The notes under the pieces: generated by a model
The model's database searches: none
Told to the model about the DNA's origin: nothing
What the model saw: only the letters and a program-made list of their open reading frames with translations
DNA from: Elainellaceae cyanobacterium
Lineage (GTDB): Bacteria > Cyanobacteriota > Cyanobacteriia > CAZCXK01
DNA length: 31,023 nt
Assembly (NCBI GenBank): GCA_051117555.1
Contig: JBNPEG010000058.1
Coordinates: 1 to 31,023, forward strand
Direction of reading: 5' to 3'
Program-made: the position numbers and the translations under genes
In this document: one piece after another, positions 1 to 9,812 of the stretch
Numbering within the stretch: position 1 is the stretch's first letter
Layout: every line of letters begins with the position of its first letter

Positions 1-60
1 GCGCAGCACGATCGCCCAGTACAACATTTGTAATGTGGTTAACAAGAGTTGGTCTTATCA

Positions 61-94
61 AAAAAGAAAAGCGCTGCACAATGCACAGCGCTTT
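61..94 (-). terminator. Intrinsic terminator downstream of hpsA
   Basis: 9-bp stem AAAGCGCTG (68-76) / CAGCGCTTT (86-94). The A-rich run at 61-70 reads as a U-tract on the minus strand, about 40 nt after the hpsA stop. Confidence 0.7.
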
Positions 95-134
95 ATGAAC
101 ATGCGTCCTAGATGTGACCTAGCGAGAGAATCAA

Positions 135-3100
135 TTAATTTGCACAGCGGGCGTCTGGAGCATCGGCGATCGCCCGACAGAGATTAATGATGTATTGATC
201 ATCAGCAGGCGGTTCGCTATAAAACTCACTCCGAATTGCCTCAGCCGTGACAAATCGTTGTGCAATCGGACCTGCAGGCGCATATTGCAAACCTACGTCA
301 TACCCCCATCGACGGTCTGGTGGGGTGTAATACTTGATTTGCTCTCCACCAGATGGCATAGGGTTGCTGACAGCAGACTCCCATGCGTTTTGGCTAAAAG
401 GACCTGTTGCGTAGTTGCTAAAGTTAAGCTGCAAAAACGATCCAGAGATAATCAAGGTATCCCAGTTTTCGATAAACCGTGGGAAGTTGTGCAATCCGCC
501 ATACGCCTGGTTGGGACGAGACGGCACCAATCCGCTAATGATAATAGCATTGACTCGATTGGTTCCTGTCCCAATTAGGGGCTTATTCCCATCGCTAAAA
601 TCGCGATATCTGTCATTAGACGACGCATATTCTGATCCATCTGCTTTGATGGGGTTACCATTTCGAGTTAGCGCAATGGGTGACCCCTCGTCGTAAGGAT
701 TTTCATGATGCCACCGATCTTTATCTGCGTTGCTACTGCCACGCACCGTCGAAGTCAGCGGTAGGGTGCTGTTGGCGTTATTAGGATTCGGTCTATTTTG
801 GTTGAGGAATGATGTACGTTTGTCGCTACCGCTTCCACAGCCATAACGAACCATTAATGCATTATCCAGCGTGGCATTATTGCCCTGGTTAAAGGTTTCA
901 AAGCCATCCGCAATGCTGCCATCGCAGAAATCACTTGAGAGAATTGTGACTGCATCTGCCAAGATTTCAGAGGGTCGCCAGCGGTCGGTCGCAGGGCGAG
1001 CAAATCGTTCGTCTAAATTGTTTCGGCTGTAAAAATTACTGAAGTTATCAATATTCAACAGCGTTCGAAATTCCTCAAGGCGACAGGTGGGATTGTCGTT
1101 GCACGCATAGGTTTGATGGAGATTAAAGTCGCCCATGATATAGACTGGATTGTCTGAGATGAGCGATAGTCCACGTCCTTCATCGCCTGCGCGATCGAGT
1201 TGCTTACCGTTGCGAAGCCGGAATCCATAGGGGCGGCGATCTGGATCAGCATAATAATCGACGGGTTTGGGGCTAATCTTCCGAGTTTCACTAACAGGTG
1301 GGTCGGTCGAGCTCAGGGCATCGCCCACTGCATTCATGCGACAGGCTGCTACGGTTTGAATGCCGTTGTCATTCCCGCAGGTTGACCAGTTTGCGCCTGA
1401 ACCGGGCGATCGCACAATTGCATCCTCCCGAACTGCATCTTCTCGGAACGCATAGACTAAACCGCTATTGGGCAGCCAGTGATCTCCACCGGTCAAGTTC
1501 TTAGTATTATTGCGCATCAACTCGAGGTCCAAATCCAATGTCCGAACTGTCATCATTTCCCGACCATTCATAAATGCCGCATCTTTAAAGGGAATTCGAA
1601 CGAGATTTCCAGGTGGAACCGTTCCCGCGACCGCATCCGTGCATTGACTTTCAACACATTCTTTGATCAGCACTTTATCGTTACGGTTAGGTGTTGTGCC
1701 ATTGCCAGCAGACTCAAAGGGAAGTTTCCATTCATCAGGAGATAGGCGGCGGGGTTTAACTGCAATCGTTTCCAAAACTGCGAGGTTGTTGATATCAATG
1801 GCTTTATATCGAGTAGCGCCCGGATTGACGGATGCAATGTACGTGTTAAACGAGCCGCGAGAATCGGGGACCTTTTCTGCGTGATCATCTGATGAATCAA
1901 CGGTTCCGGCAGCGTCTCCATTGGTATTGCCTGGAAATAATGAATATAGAATCGGAAATTTGGGTGAAGCCCCACACAGATATCTAAGTCCATCTAAGTG
2001 TCCAGTAGCTCCTCCAGAAGCACCATTAACTCCTGCAAAATTATTTTGGCAGTTGGGGCTCTTTCCATTTCTGAATCCAAACACGCGATCGCGCTCGATC
2101 TGCTCTTTGGTGATCACCAGCTTAGTGATTGAAACCAGTTTATTTCTCGCTTCTCTCTGTCCAGTCGGTCCATTATCACGCCACTTCTCAAAAGCACGCA
2201 CGAAAGCTTGCGCATCCGAACTGGCCGGTACGCTAGGCAAGTCCGCTGGACCGCCGGGTTGAGTACCTGCCATTTGCTTAATCCTTAATCCAACTTCATT
2301 GAGTTGGTTGTTGGGTGGCGCATAGTTATAACCTCCAACCGTTCCCAGATTGTAGGCCAGCATTCCAAGAGTACAGGAAGCCGTGTGAAGCGTCGTTTTA
2401 TCAGCAGGGCTCAACGCATAGTAATCTGTACCACTATCGATCTTGTTGAGCACAAGGCGAAGCGTTGAGAAGTCTCCCCACATTGACATCCAGGGATAGG
2501 AATGAACCGTACCGTCCTGTTGGGGCTCAAAGGTGGGTGCCCCTCCTTTAGGATCGCCAGCAAAGTACGCTAAGTTTCTCAGCGCCATGCCCAACGGCGC
2601 GGTTGCAGAAATCTTGTCTTTGAACTCACTCGGCGAAGCAGCAGGGGGGGTATATTCCCAGCCATTGGTGCCTCGTCCAGTGAAAAAGTCGCTCACCACA
2701 ATTGTTGGGAAACTTGTGGTGCTGAGTCCTCCTTCACCAGCAGCAAGTAAATTCTCAAAGGTAGAACTGCGATCTAGCGTAGTAGCCGTACCTGGGTGAG
2801 CGGTTGTAGCGAGACAGGCGATCGGAAAATCTCGCGATTCATCTCCCGCAGCAGCGCCACTATAGGCAGAATGATAAACCGCAGTGGCTTGAACGGCGGC
2901 TAGATTATCTCGCAAAGTCCTTCGTTGACGTGCTTCATGGCAACGATTGCTGTTATTTGTGGTGCAGTTGCCGCTCCAAGGTAGCAATGGATCAGTCGTG
3001 TTAAATGGGGGATTCGTCGGATATAGCGACGCACCACTGGCGCTGAGCCCATTCCAACCCACATAGTTTCCGAGTTCGAGGCGCTGTCCAACAATCAGTC

Positions 3101-4760
3101 GCAGCCCATCCGCGCGCGCCCGACGTTCCCAATACCCATCTAACCCAACGTTGACACTCTCTTCACCCGTTGGCGGCGCGTTTCGAGTCAGTTCCTCGTC
3201 GCTGATGGGGCTATCCCCACCATTCATTTGGTTACCTGCAATTTCAGTCCCAATGGGGACTGGAATTGGAATACCCTTATACCTGGGTTTAGGCCCAAAG
3301 CGATTGTCCGCGCGGAAGGTATCGTCTACATACGGAGCCTGCTCAGACCGGTTGAAGATACGACCATCCGTGACCATCTTCCGAGCAGACCAATTTCCCG
3401 CTCGATTGGCAGCAGGATTTGCGACACTACGAGCGACAGATTTATCTTCGGTTAAAAGTTTGATGGGGTCGAGCGCATAGTCAGCAGGCTTAGGATTGTT
3501 GCCCCCGACCGAATCACTATCTCGTGCCAACTTAACGTTGTCATCGCCATTCGTGATGGGTGGGCTAGCGTGGAGGTGGAACCGAGACACATCACCGTTA
3601 TCGAATGAGTTGTTGCCAGTCTTACCACTTAGAATCTGCCCTTGAAACGCGGGAACGTCATTGTCAGGATCGGCAATGACATCAGAAACGGTAATTTCAG
3701 ATGCTTCACGGGTATAGAGGCACGACGCTGGTGAGCTAATCAGATAGGCTGTAAAACTGCCATTGCCGACAATGAGGTTGCCCTCTGTATGCATCGCTCC
3801 GTTCCAGTTAAACTGCGGTCCCGGAAAAATCTCCAGGTCATTCCGAAACCAAGCTCCCCATTTGTTGCCTCGGTTAACCTGACGATCTTGATGGAACTCC
3901 AGCGATGAAACTGTTCCGTTGCGGTTCTCAGGAAGCACAAAGGCATTGACCTGAAAGTTTTTTCTTAACACTGAGGTGTTCGCTTCGTCTTGAAACCAAC
4001 CCTGCTCAACAGGCGCAGCAGCATTATTTCGAAGTTGGCAAATCGTGTTGAGTTGCGTGGTGTTGCTGAGTGGCCCGTGACGCACTTGAAGGACTCTAGC
4101 CCGATTGGAAACAGAGGTGTCATCGGCCTTTTTCATATCTGCTGGGTTCGCTGGCGTCTGGAAGAGGATAGAATACGCGACCGTCGCGTCATCCGCCCCG
4201 TCTTCATCGGTATCAACCGGATACCGCCAAGCGTTGTCTAATTGCCCATCGTTATTAATGTCAATTCGTGCTTCACCAGGAAAGGTATAAGGATCAGTGG
4301 GGCGACTATTTGCCCCCTGAATTTCGTGGCGCTGAACAGTAATACCGTTATGGGTCTGACCATCGTTAATCAACATGCCGTAGAGAACCGTCTCCGCCGG
4401 AATGCCGCCCGGATATCGAGGATCTCGTTGGCTGTTGAAGAGATATTCAAGTTTTGATTTGGCTCGGTCAATCGTGGGAGTTGCGGCGTTATAGATGACG
4501 CGTTCTTGGCGTTCACCGACGGTTTGAGCCGTTCGGTTGTAGGTGCGTAATGTGATTGCACCTACTGTTAGGGTAACGACCAAGAGCAATAAAACCGTCG
4601 TCGGTAGGATAAAACCTGAATTCGAAAGAATAGATTGCCGAGCGATCGCCAGATTCCCCCTGAGCATCCAAAAGACTAGGCTTTTGGTGATGCTACGTGC
4701 GAGCCTAGCGACCCCATGTATCATGTCTTTGATTATCTGAGCAAGCGTTCGATTTGACAT
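135..4760 (-). CDS. hpsA: Hormogonium polysaccharide biosynthesis protein HpsA (large PilX-like protein linked to gliding motility)
   Basis: 1541-aa ORF with a prepilin-like 'SGFILPTTVLLLLVVTL' N-terminus, 'NKWGAWFRNDLEIFPG', 'GYWERRARADGLRLIVGQRLELG' and C-terminal 'YGGLHNFPRFIENW...RRWGYDVGL', motifs recognised from cyanobacterial HpsA. Confidence 0.85.
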   Translation of the reverse strand: MSNRTLAQIIKDMIHGVARLARSITKSLVFWMLRGNLAIARQSILSNSGFILPTTVLLLLVVTLTVGAITLRTYNRTAQTVGERQERVIYNAATPTIDRAKSKLEYLFNSQRDPRYPGGIPAETVLYGMLINDGQTHNGITVQRHEIQGANSRPTDPYTFPGEARIDINNDGQLDNAWRYPVDTDEDGADDATVAYSILFQTPANPADMKKADDTSVSNRARVLQVRHGPLSNTTQLNTICQLRNNAAAPVEQGWFQDEANTSVLRKNFQVNAFVLPENRNGTVSSLEFHQDRQVNRGNKWGAWFRNDLEIFPGPQFNWNGAMHTEGNLIVGNGSFTAYLISSPASCLYTREASEITVSDVIADPDNDVPAFQGQILSGKTGNNSFDNGDVSRFHLHASPPITNGDDNVKLARDSDSVGGNNPKPADYALDPIKLLTEDKSVARSVANPAANRAGNWSARKMVTDGRIFNRSEQAPYVDDTFRADNRFGPKPRYKGIPIPVPIGTEIAGNQMNGGDSPISDEELTRNAPPTGEESVNVGLDGYWERRARADGLRLIVGQRLELGNYVGWNGLSASGASLYPTNPPFNTTDPLLPWSGNCTTNNSNRCHEARQRRTLRDNLAAVQATAVYHSAYSGAAAGDESRDFPIACLATTAHPGTATTLDRSSTFENLLAAGEGGLSTTSFPTIVVSDFFTGRGTNGWEYTPPAASPSEFKDKISATAPLGMALRNLAYFAGDPKGGAPTFEPQQDGTVHSYPWMSMWGDFSTLRLVLNKIDSGTDYYALSPADKTTLHTASCTLGMLAYNLGTVGGYNYAPPNNQLNEVGLRIKQMAGTQPGGPADLPSVPASSDAQAFVRAFEKWRDNGPTGQREARNKLVSITKLVITKEQIERDRVFGFRNGKSPNCQNNFAGVNGASGGATGHLDGLRYLCGASPKFPILYSLFPGNTNGDAAGTVDSSDDHAEKVPDSRGSFNTYIASVNPGATRYKAIDINNLAVLETIAVKPRRLSPDEWKLPFESAGNGTTPNRNDKVLIKECVESQCTDAVAGTVPPGNLVRIPFKDAAFMNGREMMTVRTLDLDLELMRNNTKNLTGGDHWLPNSGLVYAFREDAVREDAIVRSPGSGANWSTCGNDNGIQTVAACRMNAVGDALSSTDPPVSETRKISPKPVDYYADPDRRPYGFRLRNGKQLDRAGDEGRGLSLISDNPVYIMGDFNLHQTYACNDNPTCRLEEFRTLLNIDNFSNFYSRNNLDERFARPATDRWRPSEILADAVTILSSDFCDGSIADGFETFNQGNNATLDNALMVRYGCGSGSDKRTSFLNQNRPNPNNANSTLPLTSTVRGSSNADKDRWHHENPYDEGSPIALTRNGNPIKADGSEYASSNDRYRDFSDGNKPLIGTGTNRVNAIIISGLVPSRPNQAYGGLHNFPRFIENWDTLIISGSFLQLNFSNYATGPFSQNAWESAVSNPMPSGGEQIKYYTPPDRRWGYDVGLQYAPAGPIAQRFVTAEAIRSEFYSEPPADDQYIINLCRAIADAPDARCAN

Positions 4761-5212
4761 AGCAGTCTTCCTGAAAAGATGGGATGCCTGAGAGGAGAAA
4801 CCTGGATAAGAAGGTCACAACGTTCTGCGTTTTGTTCTGCAGCTTTAAAGGGCAGTGATGCACTCAATGTCAGGGATTACGACCCTGTACGATTGAGTAC
4901 CAAAAGCGTGGCATATCTGTTATGGAAGCTACCAGTGCGTTTATACGGAGGATTAACGTTACGCCACCTATAAATTAAAGTCAGCATCCGAGGGAATACG
5001 GATCGGTTTATCAAACGTTATTGAAGAACATTGCGGCTGGGTAGCTTGAAGCCATTTATATTTGCATCCGAAGAGCAATTTTTTTCAAGAAAAAGCGTTA
5101 CGCACCAAGCTGGATATGGTTTGTATAGGATGGATACAGGAAATCTGACGAGCTACGTGTCGTCTGACTATCCTATTTATTGAGGTTGTCGACGAATGTC
5201 GATGAATAACGC

Positions 5213-5980
5213 ATGGCGGGACATAGTAAGTGGGCCAATATTAAGCGACAAAAAGCGAGAGTTGATGCCGTTAAAGGAAAGACCTTTGCCAAGCTCTCGC
5301 GCCAAATTATTGTGGCGGCTCGGAGCGGTATTCCCGATCCAGAGGGGAATTTTCAGCTTCGTACTGCGATTGAGAAGGCAAAGGCGGCTGGGATTCCAAA
5401 TGACAATATCGAACGGGCGATCGCCAAAGGTGCAGGCACGTTTGGCAATGAGGGCGAGGCGCTAGAAGATATTCGCTATGAGGGATATGGTCCGGGTGGC
5501 GTGGCGATTCTCATCGAAGCCTTGACCGATAACCGAAATCGAACAGCAGCTGATCTGCGATCTGCATTCGGCAAAAACGGCGGGAATTTGGGTGAAACTG
5601 GATGCGTCAGTTGGATGTTTGACCAGAAAGGAGTGGTTTCAGTCACAGGAACGATTCACGAAGACGAATTGCTAGAAGCCTCCCTGGAAGGAGGTGCAGA
5701 ATCGTATGACCTGGTTGAAATCGATGACATGCCAGGCGCGGAGATCGTCACAGCCGCGACTAACTTGGAGACACTCAATCAAACCTTGCAGGATGCCGGG
5801 TATGTTATCAATCAAGCTGAGCTGCGCTGGATTCCTAGCAATACGATTGAGGTGACGGAGCCAGACCAGGCGCGATCGCTCCTTAAGTTAATGGATGCAC
5901 TCGAAGAACTTGACGATGTTCAGAATGTAACCGCCAACTTTGATATGGCAGATGATCTCATGGCTCTCAGCATGATTTAG
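5213..5980 (+). CDS. yebC: YebC/PmpR family protein
   Basis: Diagnostic '[11 protein letters not shown]', 'YEGYGPGG', 'TDNRNRT' and 'DDVQNV'. Confidence 0.97.
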   Translation: MAGHSKWANIKRQKARVDAVKGKTFAKLSRQIIVAARSGIPDPEGNFQLRTAIEKAKAAGIPNDNIERAIAKGAGTFGNEGEALEDIRYEGYGPGGVAILIEALTDNRNRTAADLRSAFGKNGGNLGETGCVSWMFDQKGVVSVTGTIHEDELLEASLEGGAESYDLVEIDDMPGAEIVTAATNLETLNQTLQDAGYVINQAELRWIPSNTIEVTEPDQARSLLKLMDALEELDDVQNVTANFDMADDLMALSMI

Positions 5981-5983
5981 ATC

Positions 5984-6038
5984 AAAGAAAACCCTAGCCC
6001 AGGCAGGCTAGGGAATCATTTCAGGGTACATTTACCAT
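5984..6038 (-). ncRNA. NsiR1-like small RNA, copy 1 (variant; ends approximate)
   Basis: Minus strand reads ATGGTAAATGTACCCTGAA-ATGATT-CCCTAGCC-TGCCTG-GGCTAGGG-TTTTCTTT: a conserved core plus an 8-bp terminator stem (5992-6013) and U-tract. The core matches copy 2 at 19/21 positions. Confidence 0.6.
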
Positions 6039-6065
6039 TCCTTGATTCTGAATCCATGAGGCATA

Positions 6066-6071
6066 TCAGGA
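6066..6071 (-). promoter_or_regulatory. DIF1-like element (TCCTGA) of sRNA copy 1
   Basis: One mismatch to TCCGGA. Same 46-nt offset from the core as in copy 2, and next to the same ATGCCTC motif. Confidence 0.5.
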
Positions 6072-6197
6072 TAAATTAGCTCGGAATATGCCGAAAAATG
6101 GAGTAATTAAGCGAAAAATCGTAGACTATGATGGATTTTGCTCAATTAATACGTAATTCTGCTGGTAAAATCGATGACCTTGATTGTAGAAACAGCC

Positions 6198-6249
6198 AAA
6201 AAAATCCCCAGCACGAGGCCGGGGAGTGAATTCAGGGTGCATCTACCAT
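6198..6249 (-). ncRNA. NsiR1-like small RNA, copy 2 (ends approximate)
   Basis: Minus strand reads ATGGTAGATGCACCCTGAA-TTCAC-TCCCCGGC-CTCGT-GCTGGGGA-TTTTTTT. The 5' core matches the Nostoc NsiR1 core as I recall it. Terminator stem at 6205-6225, followed by seven U. Confidence 0.72.
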
Positions 6250-6276
6250 TCACTTCTACAGGTGATAGAGGCATCA

Positions 6277-6282
6277 TCCGGA
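6277..6282 (-). promoter_or_regulatory. DIF1 motif TCCGGA at about -35 of sRNA copy 2
   Basis: Perfect TCCGGA about 30-35 nt upstream of the predicted 5' end, the arrangement known for HetR-dependent DIF1 promoters such as nsiR1. Confidence 0.65.
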
Positions 6283-6325
6283 CTGTAGGAGAATTTCCTC
6301 CTGATTTTGGGCTGAATTGATGACT

Positions 6326-6583
6326 TCAATCTCCTGCTGCGGCCTGTTCGTCATTCAAAATTTTGTCTTTTGAGTCATCCCAGTAGGCACTGCATGTCCA
6401 TACCTCGCGATCGCCCTTATTTTCGACTGACCATTGATAAATCGCAGATTTAGGCTCAATCCCGATTTCTAGTAACTTAGCGCCCATGTAGTACTCCATT
6501 TTGCGCTTGGTCATCTCTTTGACACTGGGAGGTAGATTTGTTTCGATAGTCCGATTCAAATGAGCCTGAGTATGTTTTGCCAT
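6326..6583 (-). CDS. Small hypothetical protein (85 aa)
   Basis: ATG at 6583 with a GAGGTG Shine-Dalgarno upstream. Protein-like sequence (MEYYMGAKL..GI.PKSAIY.W) that looks like a conserved cyanobacterial hypothetical. Confidence 0.75.
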   Translation of the reverse strand: MAKHTQAHLNRTIETNLPPSVKEMTKRKMEYYMGAKLLEIGIEPKSAIYQWSVENKGDREVWTCSAYWDDSKDKILNDEQAAAGD

Positions 6584-6768
6584 GCAGTTCACCTCGATGT
6601 CGTTTCACCAATACATCCAGCAGAGGGATTCATTCTCTTATATTACGAGGATTTATTGACGGGGTTGGCTTGATGCTGACCGGCGATCGCGTCACAATAA
6701 CGGTATGTAGAACTACCAATGCTTCTAATTTCGTTTGAGAACTCTGTTTGATTATTTGATGTGAAATT

Positions 6769-8082
6769 GTGTTGAGTAAGACTTCTCTCGTCATTTCGCA
6801 AGATAAACCGTCATCTAGGCACCGAGATTCTGATCAATCTCTTGGCGAATACTCAAAGATGAATCCCCTCGACTACGACATCGCTATTGTTGGCGGTGGC
6901 ATTGTTGGGCTTACGTTCGCCTGTGCGCTGAAGAATGCAGGGCTTAAAATTGCATTAATTGAAGCACGTCCTCCCGAGCTAGGGTTAAGCCAGCGTCGCT
7001 CCTATGCGATTACCCTATTGTCGGGACAGATTTTTTCAGGATTAGGAGTCTGGGACGAAATTCTTCCGCAGATTACAACCTTTCGCCAAATTCGTCTCGC
7101 AGATGCTGACTATTCTGAAGTAGTAACGCTTCTGCCTGATGACCTAGGGGCTAACGAACTTGGCTACGTGGCCGAACACCAGGTGTTGCTCAAGGCGCTT
7201 CAGACTGAGTTAGAGGGGGCGGCAACGGTTTCGTGGTTATGCCCGGCTGAAGTCGTCGGAGTTGATTATCAGAGCGATCGCGTTGAGGTAACGATTTCGG
7301 CAGACGATACTCAACACAAAATCACAGCCGCGTTGCTGGTTGCTGCAGATGGGTCGCGATCGCGCATTCGACACAAAGCAGGGATTCGCACTCAGGGTTG
7401 GGCATATTGGCAATCATGCGTGACGGCAGTGATTCAGCCAGAACAGCCGCACCAAAACATTGCCCGCGAACACTTTTGGTCGAGTGGTCCGTTTGCAAGT
7501 TTGCCGCTCTCTGACAACCGATATCAGATTGTGCTCACAGCGCCCCATGATCAAGCTAAGGCGCTTTTAGAGATGGACGAGCAGGAGTTTCTAGCAGAGC
7601 TTGATCGGCGATATGATAGAGAACTTGGCACACTCAAGTTGCTGGGCGATCGCGTCTTGTTTCCGGTTCAGCTGATGCATAGCACCTGTTACAGTCGCTC
7701 GCGGTTGGTGTTGATTGGAGATGCTGCCCACTCATGCCATCCGGTGGGGGGCCAGGGGCTTAATTTGGGCATTCGGGATGCAGCAGCCCTCGCTCAAGTT
7801 CTGCAGACGGCTCGCGAACAGGGAGAAGACATTGGTCAAATCCAGGTGTTGCGGCGCTACGAGCGCTGGCGTCGTTTAGAAAACTGGTTGATTTTAGGCT
7901 TTACAGACGCCTTAAATCGATGTTTTTCAAATCGTTGGTCACCGATTGTCGTGATTCGGCATTGGGGGTTGTGGATTATGCGTCGAACGGGTTTTCTACG
8001 ATATTTGGCATTGAGACTCATGACTGGATTGACAGGGCGATCGCCTATCTTGAGCAATCATCGAGCCAGAAATTCCTTCTAG
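6769..8082 (+). CDS. UbiH/Coq6-family FAD-dependent hydroxylase
   Basis: GGGIVG Rossmann motif, 'AADGSRS', 'LIGDAAHSCHPVGGQGLNLGIRD'. The true start may be the ATG at 6859. Confidence 0.9.
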   Translation: MLSKTSLVISQDKPSSRHRDSDQSLGEYSKMNPLDYDIAIVGGGIVGLTFACALKNAGLKIALIEARPPELGLSQRRSYAITLLSGQIFSGLGVWDEILPQITTFRQIRLADADYSEVVTLLPDDLGANELGYVAEHQVLLKALQTELEGAATVSWLCPAEVVGVDYQSDRVEVTISADDTQHKITAALLVAADGSRSRIRHKAGIRTQGWAYWQSCVTAVIQPEQPHQNIAREHFWSSGPFASLPLSDNRYQIVLTAPHDQAKALLEMDEQEFLAELDRRYDRELGTLKLLGDRVLFPVQLMHSTCYSRSRLVLIGDAAHSCHPVGGQGLNLGIRDAAALAQVLQTAREQGEDIGQIQVLRRYERWRRLENWLILGFTDALNRCFSNRWSPIVVIRHWGLWIMRRTGFLRYLALRLMTGLTGRSPILSNHRARNSF

Positions 8083-8092
8083 ATTTAAAGCC

Positions 8093-8317
8093 ATGTCCAA
8101 TGATCAACCCCCCCAGGAATCTAACGGAAAAGAGTTTCTCGATCCTCCCAAAGAGGGCGATCGCCAAACCGTTAGACGCGTGATGACTCGCCTCTATATC
8201 ATTCTGCTAGTAGTTGGCTTAGGAATCGGAGCAATTGTCTCTGTCGGGGTCGTTATGCTAATCGAACGCCTTGGGTTAACCGACGTCCCCCAACAGGTTG
8301 AAGACAATCAAAATTAG
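8093..8317 (+). CDS. Small single-pass membrane hypothetical protein
   Basis: 74 aa, 10 bp after the hydroxylase stop. One hydrophobic helix 'LYIILLVVGLGIGAIVSVGVV' followed by 'RLGLTD'. Confidence 0.7.
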   Translation: MSNDQPPQESNGKEFLDPPKEGDRQTVRRVMTRLYIILLVVGLGIGAIVSVGVVMLIERLGLTDVPQQVEDNQN

Positions 8318-8618
8318 AAGCAATGCATCACTGATGAGCAGATCTGTTTAATGCGTCTGGTATTGCGTTACGTTTTTGCGTTAAGACTCAAACGTGCATT
8401 GAACTTTCGCGCAGCGGAGATTTTATACACAATTCTGAGCTTGTAGAGCTGTATTGTGCAGGTAGTAAATTGTTTTGAGTTGTGAATGCCAACCCGGATT
8501 CGCTCAGCCATTGAGGGAACGCACGCGCTAACCTGATAGATCAGAGCGTAGCGCGATCGCACTAGCAATCCGCTGGCTTACTTTACATATCGATTTGGAG
8601 TGAGGAGAAACGCGACCT

Positions 8619-9641
8619 ATGTCTGTTCAAATACAACAAGCCATTACCGTTGGCAAGTATCTAGTTACTCAGAGGTTAAAAGGGCGGAAAAAGTTCCCGC
8701 TGGTCCTAATGTTAGAACCGCTGTTTCGCTGTAACCTGGCCTGTCCAGGTTGTGGAAAGATTCAACATCCCAAAGAAATCTTAAAGCAGCACTTAACTCC
8801 TGATGAATGCTTTAAGGCCGTTGAGGAATGCGGTGCCCCCGTTGTCTCGATTCCAGGCGGAGAACCCTTGCTCCATCCTCAAATCGATGAAATCGTTCGA
8901 GGGCTAGTTGAACGGAAGAAATATATCTATCTTTGCACCAACGGCATCTTACTTGAAAAGAGCCTCGACAAATTTGAACCGTCTCCGTATCTGACGTTTA
9001 GCATTCATTTAGATGGGCTGAGAGAGCAACACGATCAATGTGTAGATCGAACAGGCGTTTTTGATACGGCAATTCAAGCCATTCGGGCTGCAAAAGCCCG
9101 TGGCTTTCGAGTGACCACGAATACAACGGTATTTGACGGTGCTAATCCTCAAGAAATGCAAGAGTTCTTTGATTTTCTCGCGACGCTAGACACTGACGGC
9201 ATGATGATTTCTCCTGGCTACAGCTACGAATGGGCCCCCGACCAAGACCATTTTCTCAAGCGAGAACAAACTCGCGCGCTATTTAGAGAAATTTTGGCAC
9301 CCTTTAAAGCTGGGAAAAAGGCGTGGAACTTTAACCACAATCCCTTGTTTCTCGATTTCTTAATTGGCGAAAAAGATTATGAATGTACGCCGTGGGGCAG
9401 CCCTAGTTACAGCGTATTAGGTTGGCAGAAGCCATGTTATCTACTGAATGAAGGGCACTATAAGACATTTCAAGAACTGCTTGATCACACCGACTGGAGC
9501 CAGTATGGTCGTGCGAGCGGGAATCCAAAGTGTGCAGACTGTATGGTGCACTGCGGCTATGAACCAACCGCCGCCATGGATGCAATGGAACCGAACAACA
9601 TGGTGCGATCGCTCGGGAGCGTGTTTGGCGTAGCTCGATAG
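8619..9641 (+). CDS. hpnH: Adenosyl-hopene transferase HpnH (radical SAM, hopanoid synthesis)
   Basis: '[22 protein letters not shown]' (CxxxCxxC) and '[15 protein letters not shown]'. GAGGAG RBS upstream. Confidence 0.93.
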   Translation: MSVQIQQAITVGKYLVTQRLKGRKKFPLVLMLEPLFRCNLACPGCGKIQHPKEILKQHLTPDECFKAVEECGAPVVSIPGGEPLLHPQIDEIVRGLVERKKYIYLCTNGILLEKSLDKFEPSPYLTFSIHLDGLREQHDQCVDRTGVFDTAIQAIRAAKARGFRVTTNTTVFDGANPQEMQEFFDFLATLDTDGMMISPGYSYEWAPDQDHFLKREQTRALFREILAPFKAGKKAWNFNHNPLFLDFLIGEKDYECTPWGSPSYSVLGWQKPCYLLNEGHYKTFQELLDHTDWSQYGRASGNPKCADCMVHCGYEPTAAMDAMEPNNMVRSLGSVFGVAR

Positions 9642-9773
9642 TGCCATTTCATTCTCACGGCATAGCTCGATACAACGCTGGAAAACATCACCTTATGCTT
9701 TCGCATAGGACATTCCCACCTCTTATCGTATTGGACTCGACACGATGTCTCGTTCAATCTGACCTCCTGATTG

Positions 9774-9803
9774 ACTTAGCGCAATTTTCTAATTGCGCTA
9801 AGT
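9774..9803. repeat. Perfect 13-bp inverted repeat
   Basis: ACTTAGCGCAATT-ttct-AATTGCGCTAAGT between convergent genes. Confidence 0.85.
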
Positions 9804-9812
9804 ACAGAAATG

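Noticed and set aside
195..4740. Many short ORFs overlapping hpsA (and similar ones inside other long genes)
   Set aside because: Alternate-frame or antisense shadows with no independent coding evidence.
4887..4900. GTA-N8-TAC (NtcA-like) upstream of hpsA
   Set aside because: No properly spaced -10 box on the hpsA strand. Several such matches are expected by chance in 31 kb.
4992..4999. GGGAATAC SigJ-like box near hpsA
   Set aside because: It lies on the plus strand, the wrong orientation to drive hpsA.
5123..5137. GTA...TAC palindrome upstream of yebC
   Set aside because: The spacer is 9 nt, not the 8 nt NtcA requires.
5984..6282. CRISPR array or plain bidirectional terminators as an explanation for the two repeats
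   Set aside because: Only two units with a 211-bp period and no cas genes. The shared sequence lies outside the hairpins and includes a fixed-offset promoter motif. The copy 1 hairpin could still also end the yebC transcript.
6703..6716. GTA-N8-TAC between the 85-aa gene and the UbiH-like gene
   Set aside because: No TAN3T box about 22 nt away on either strand. Not distinguishable from chance.
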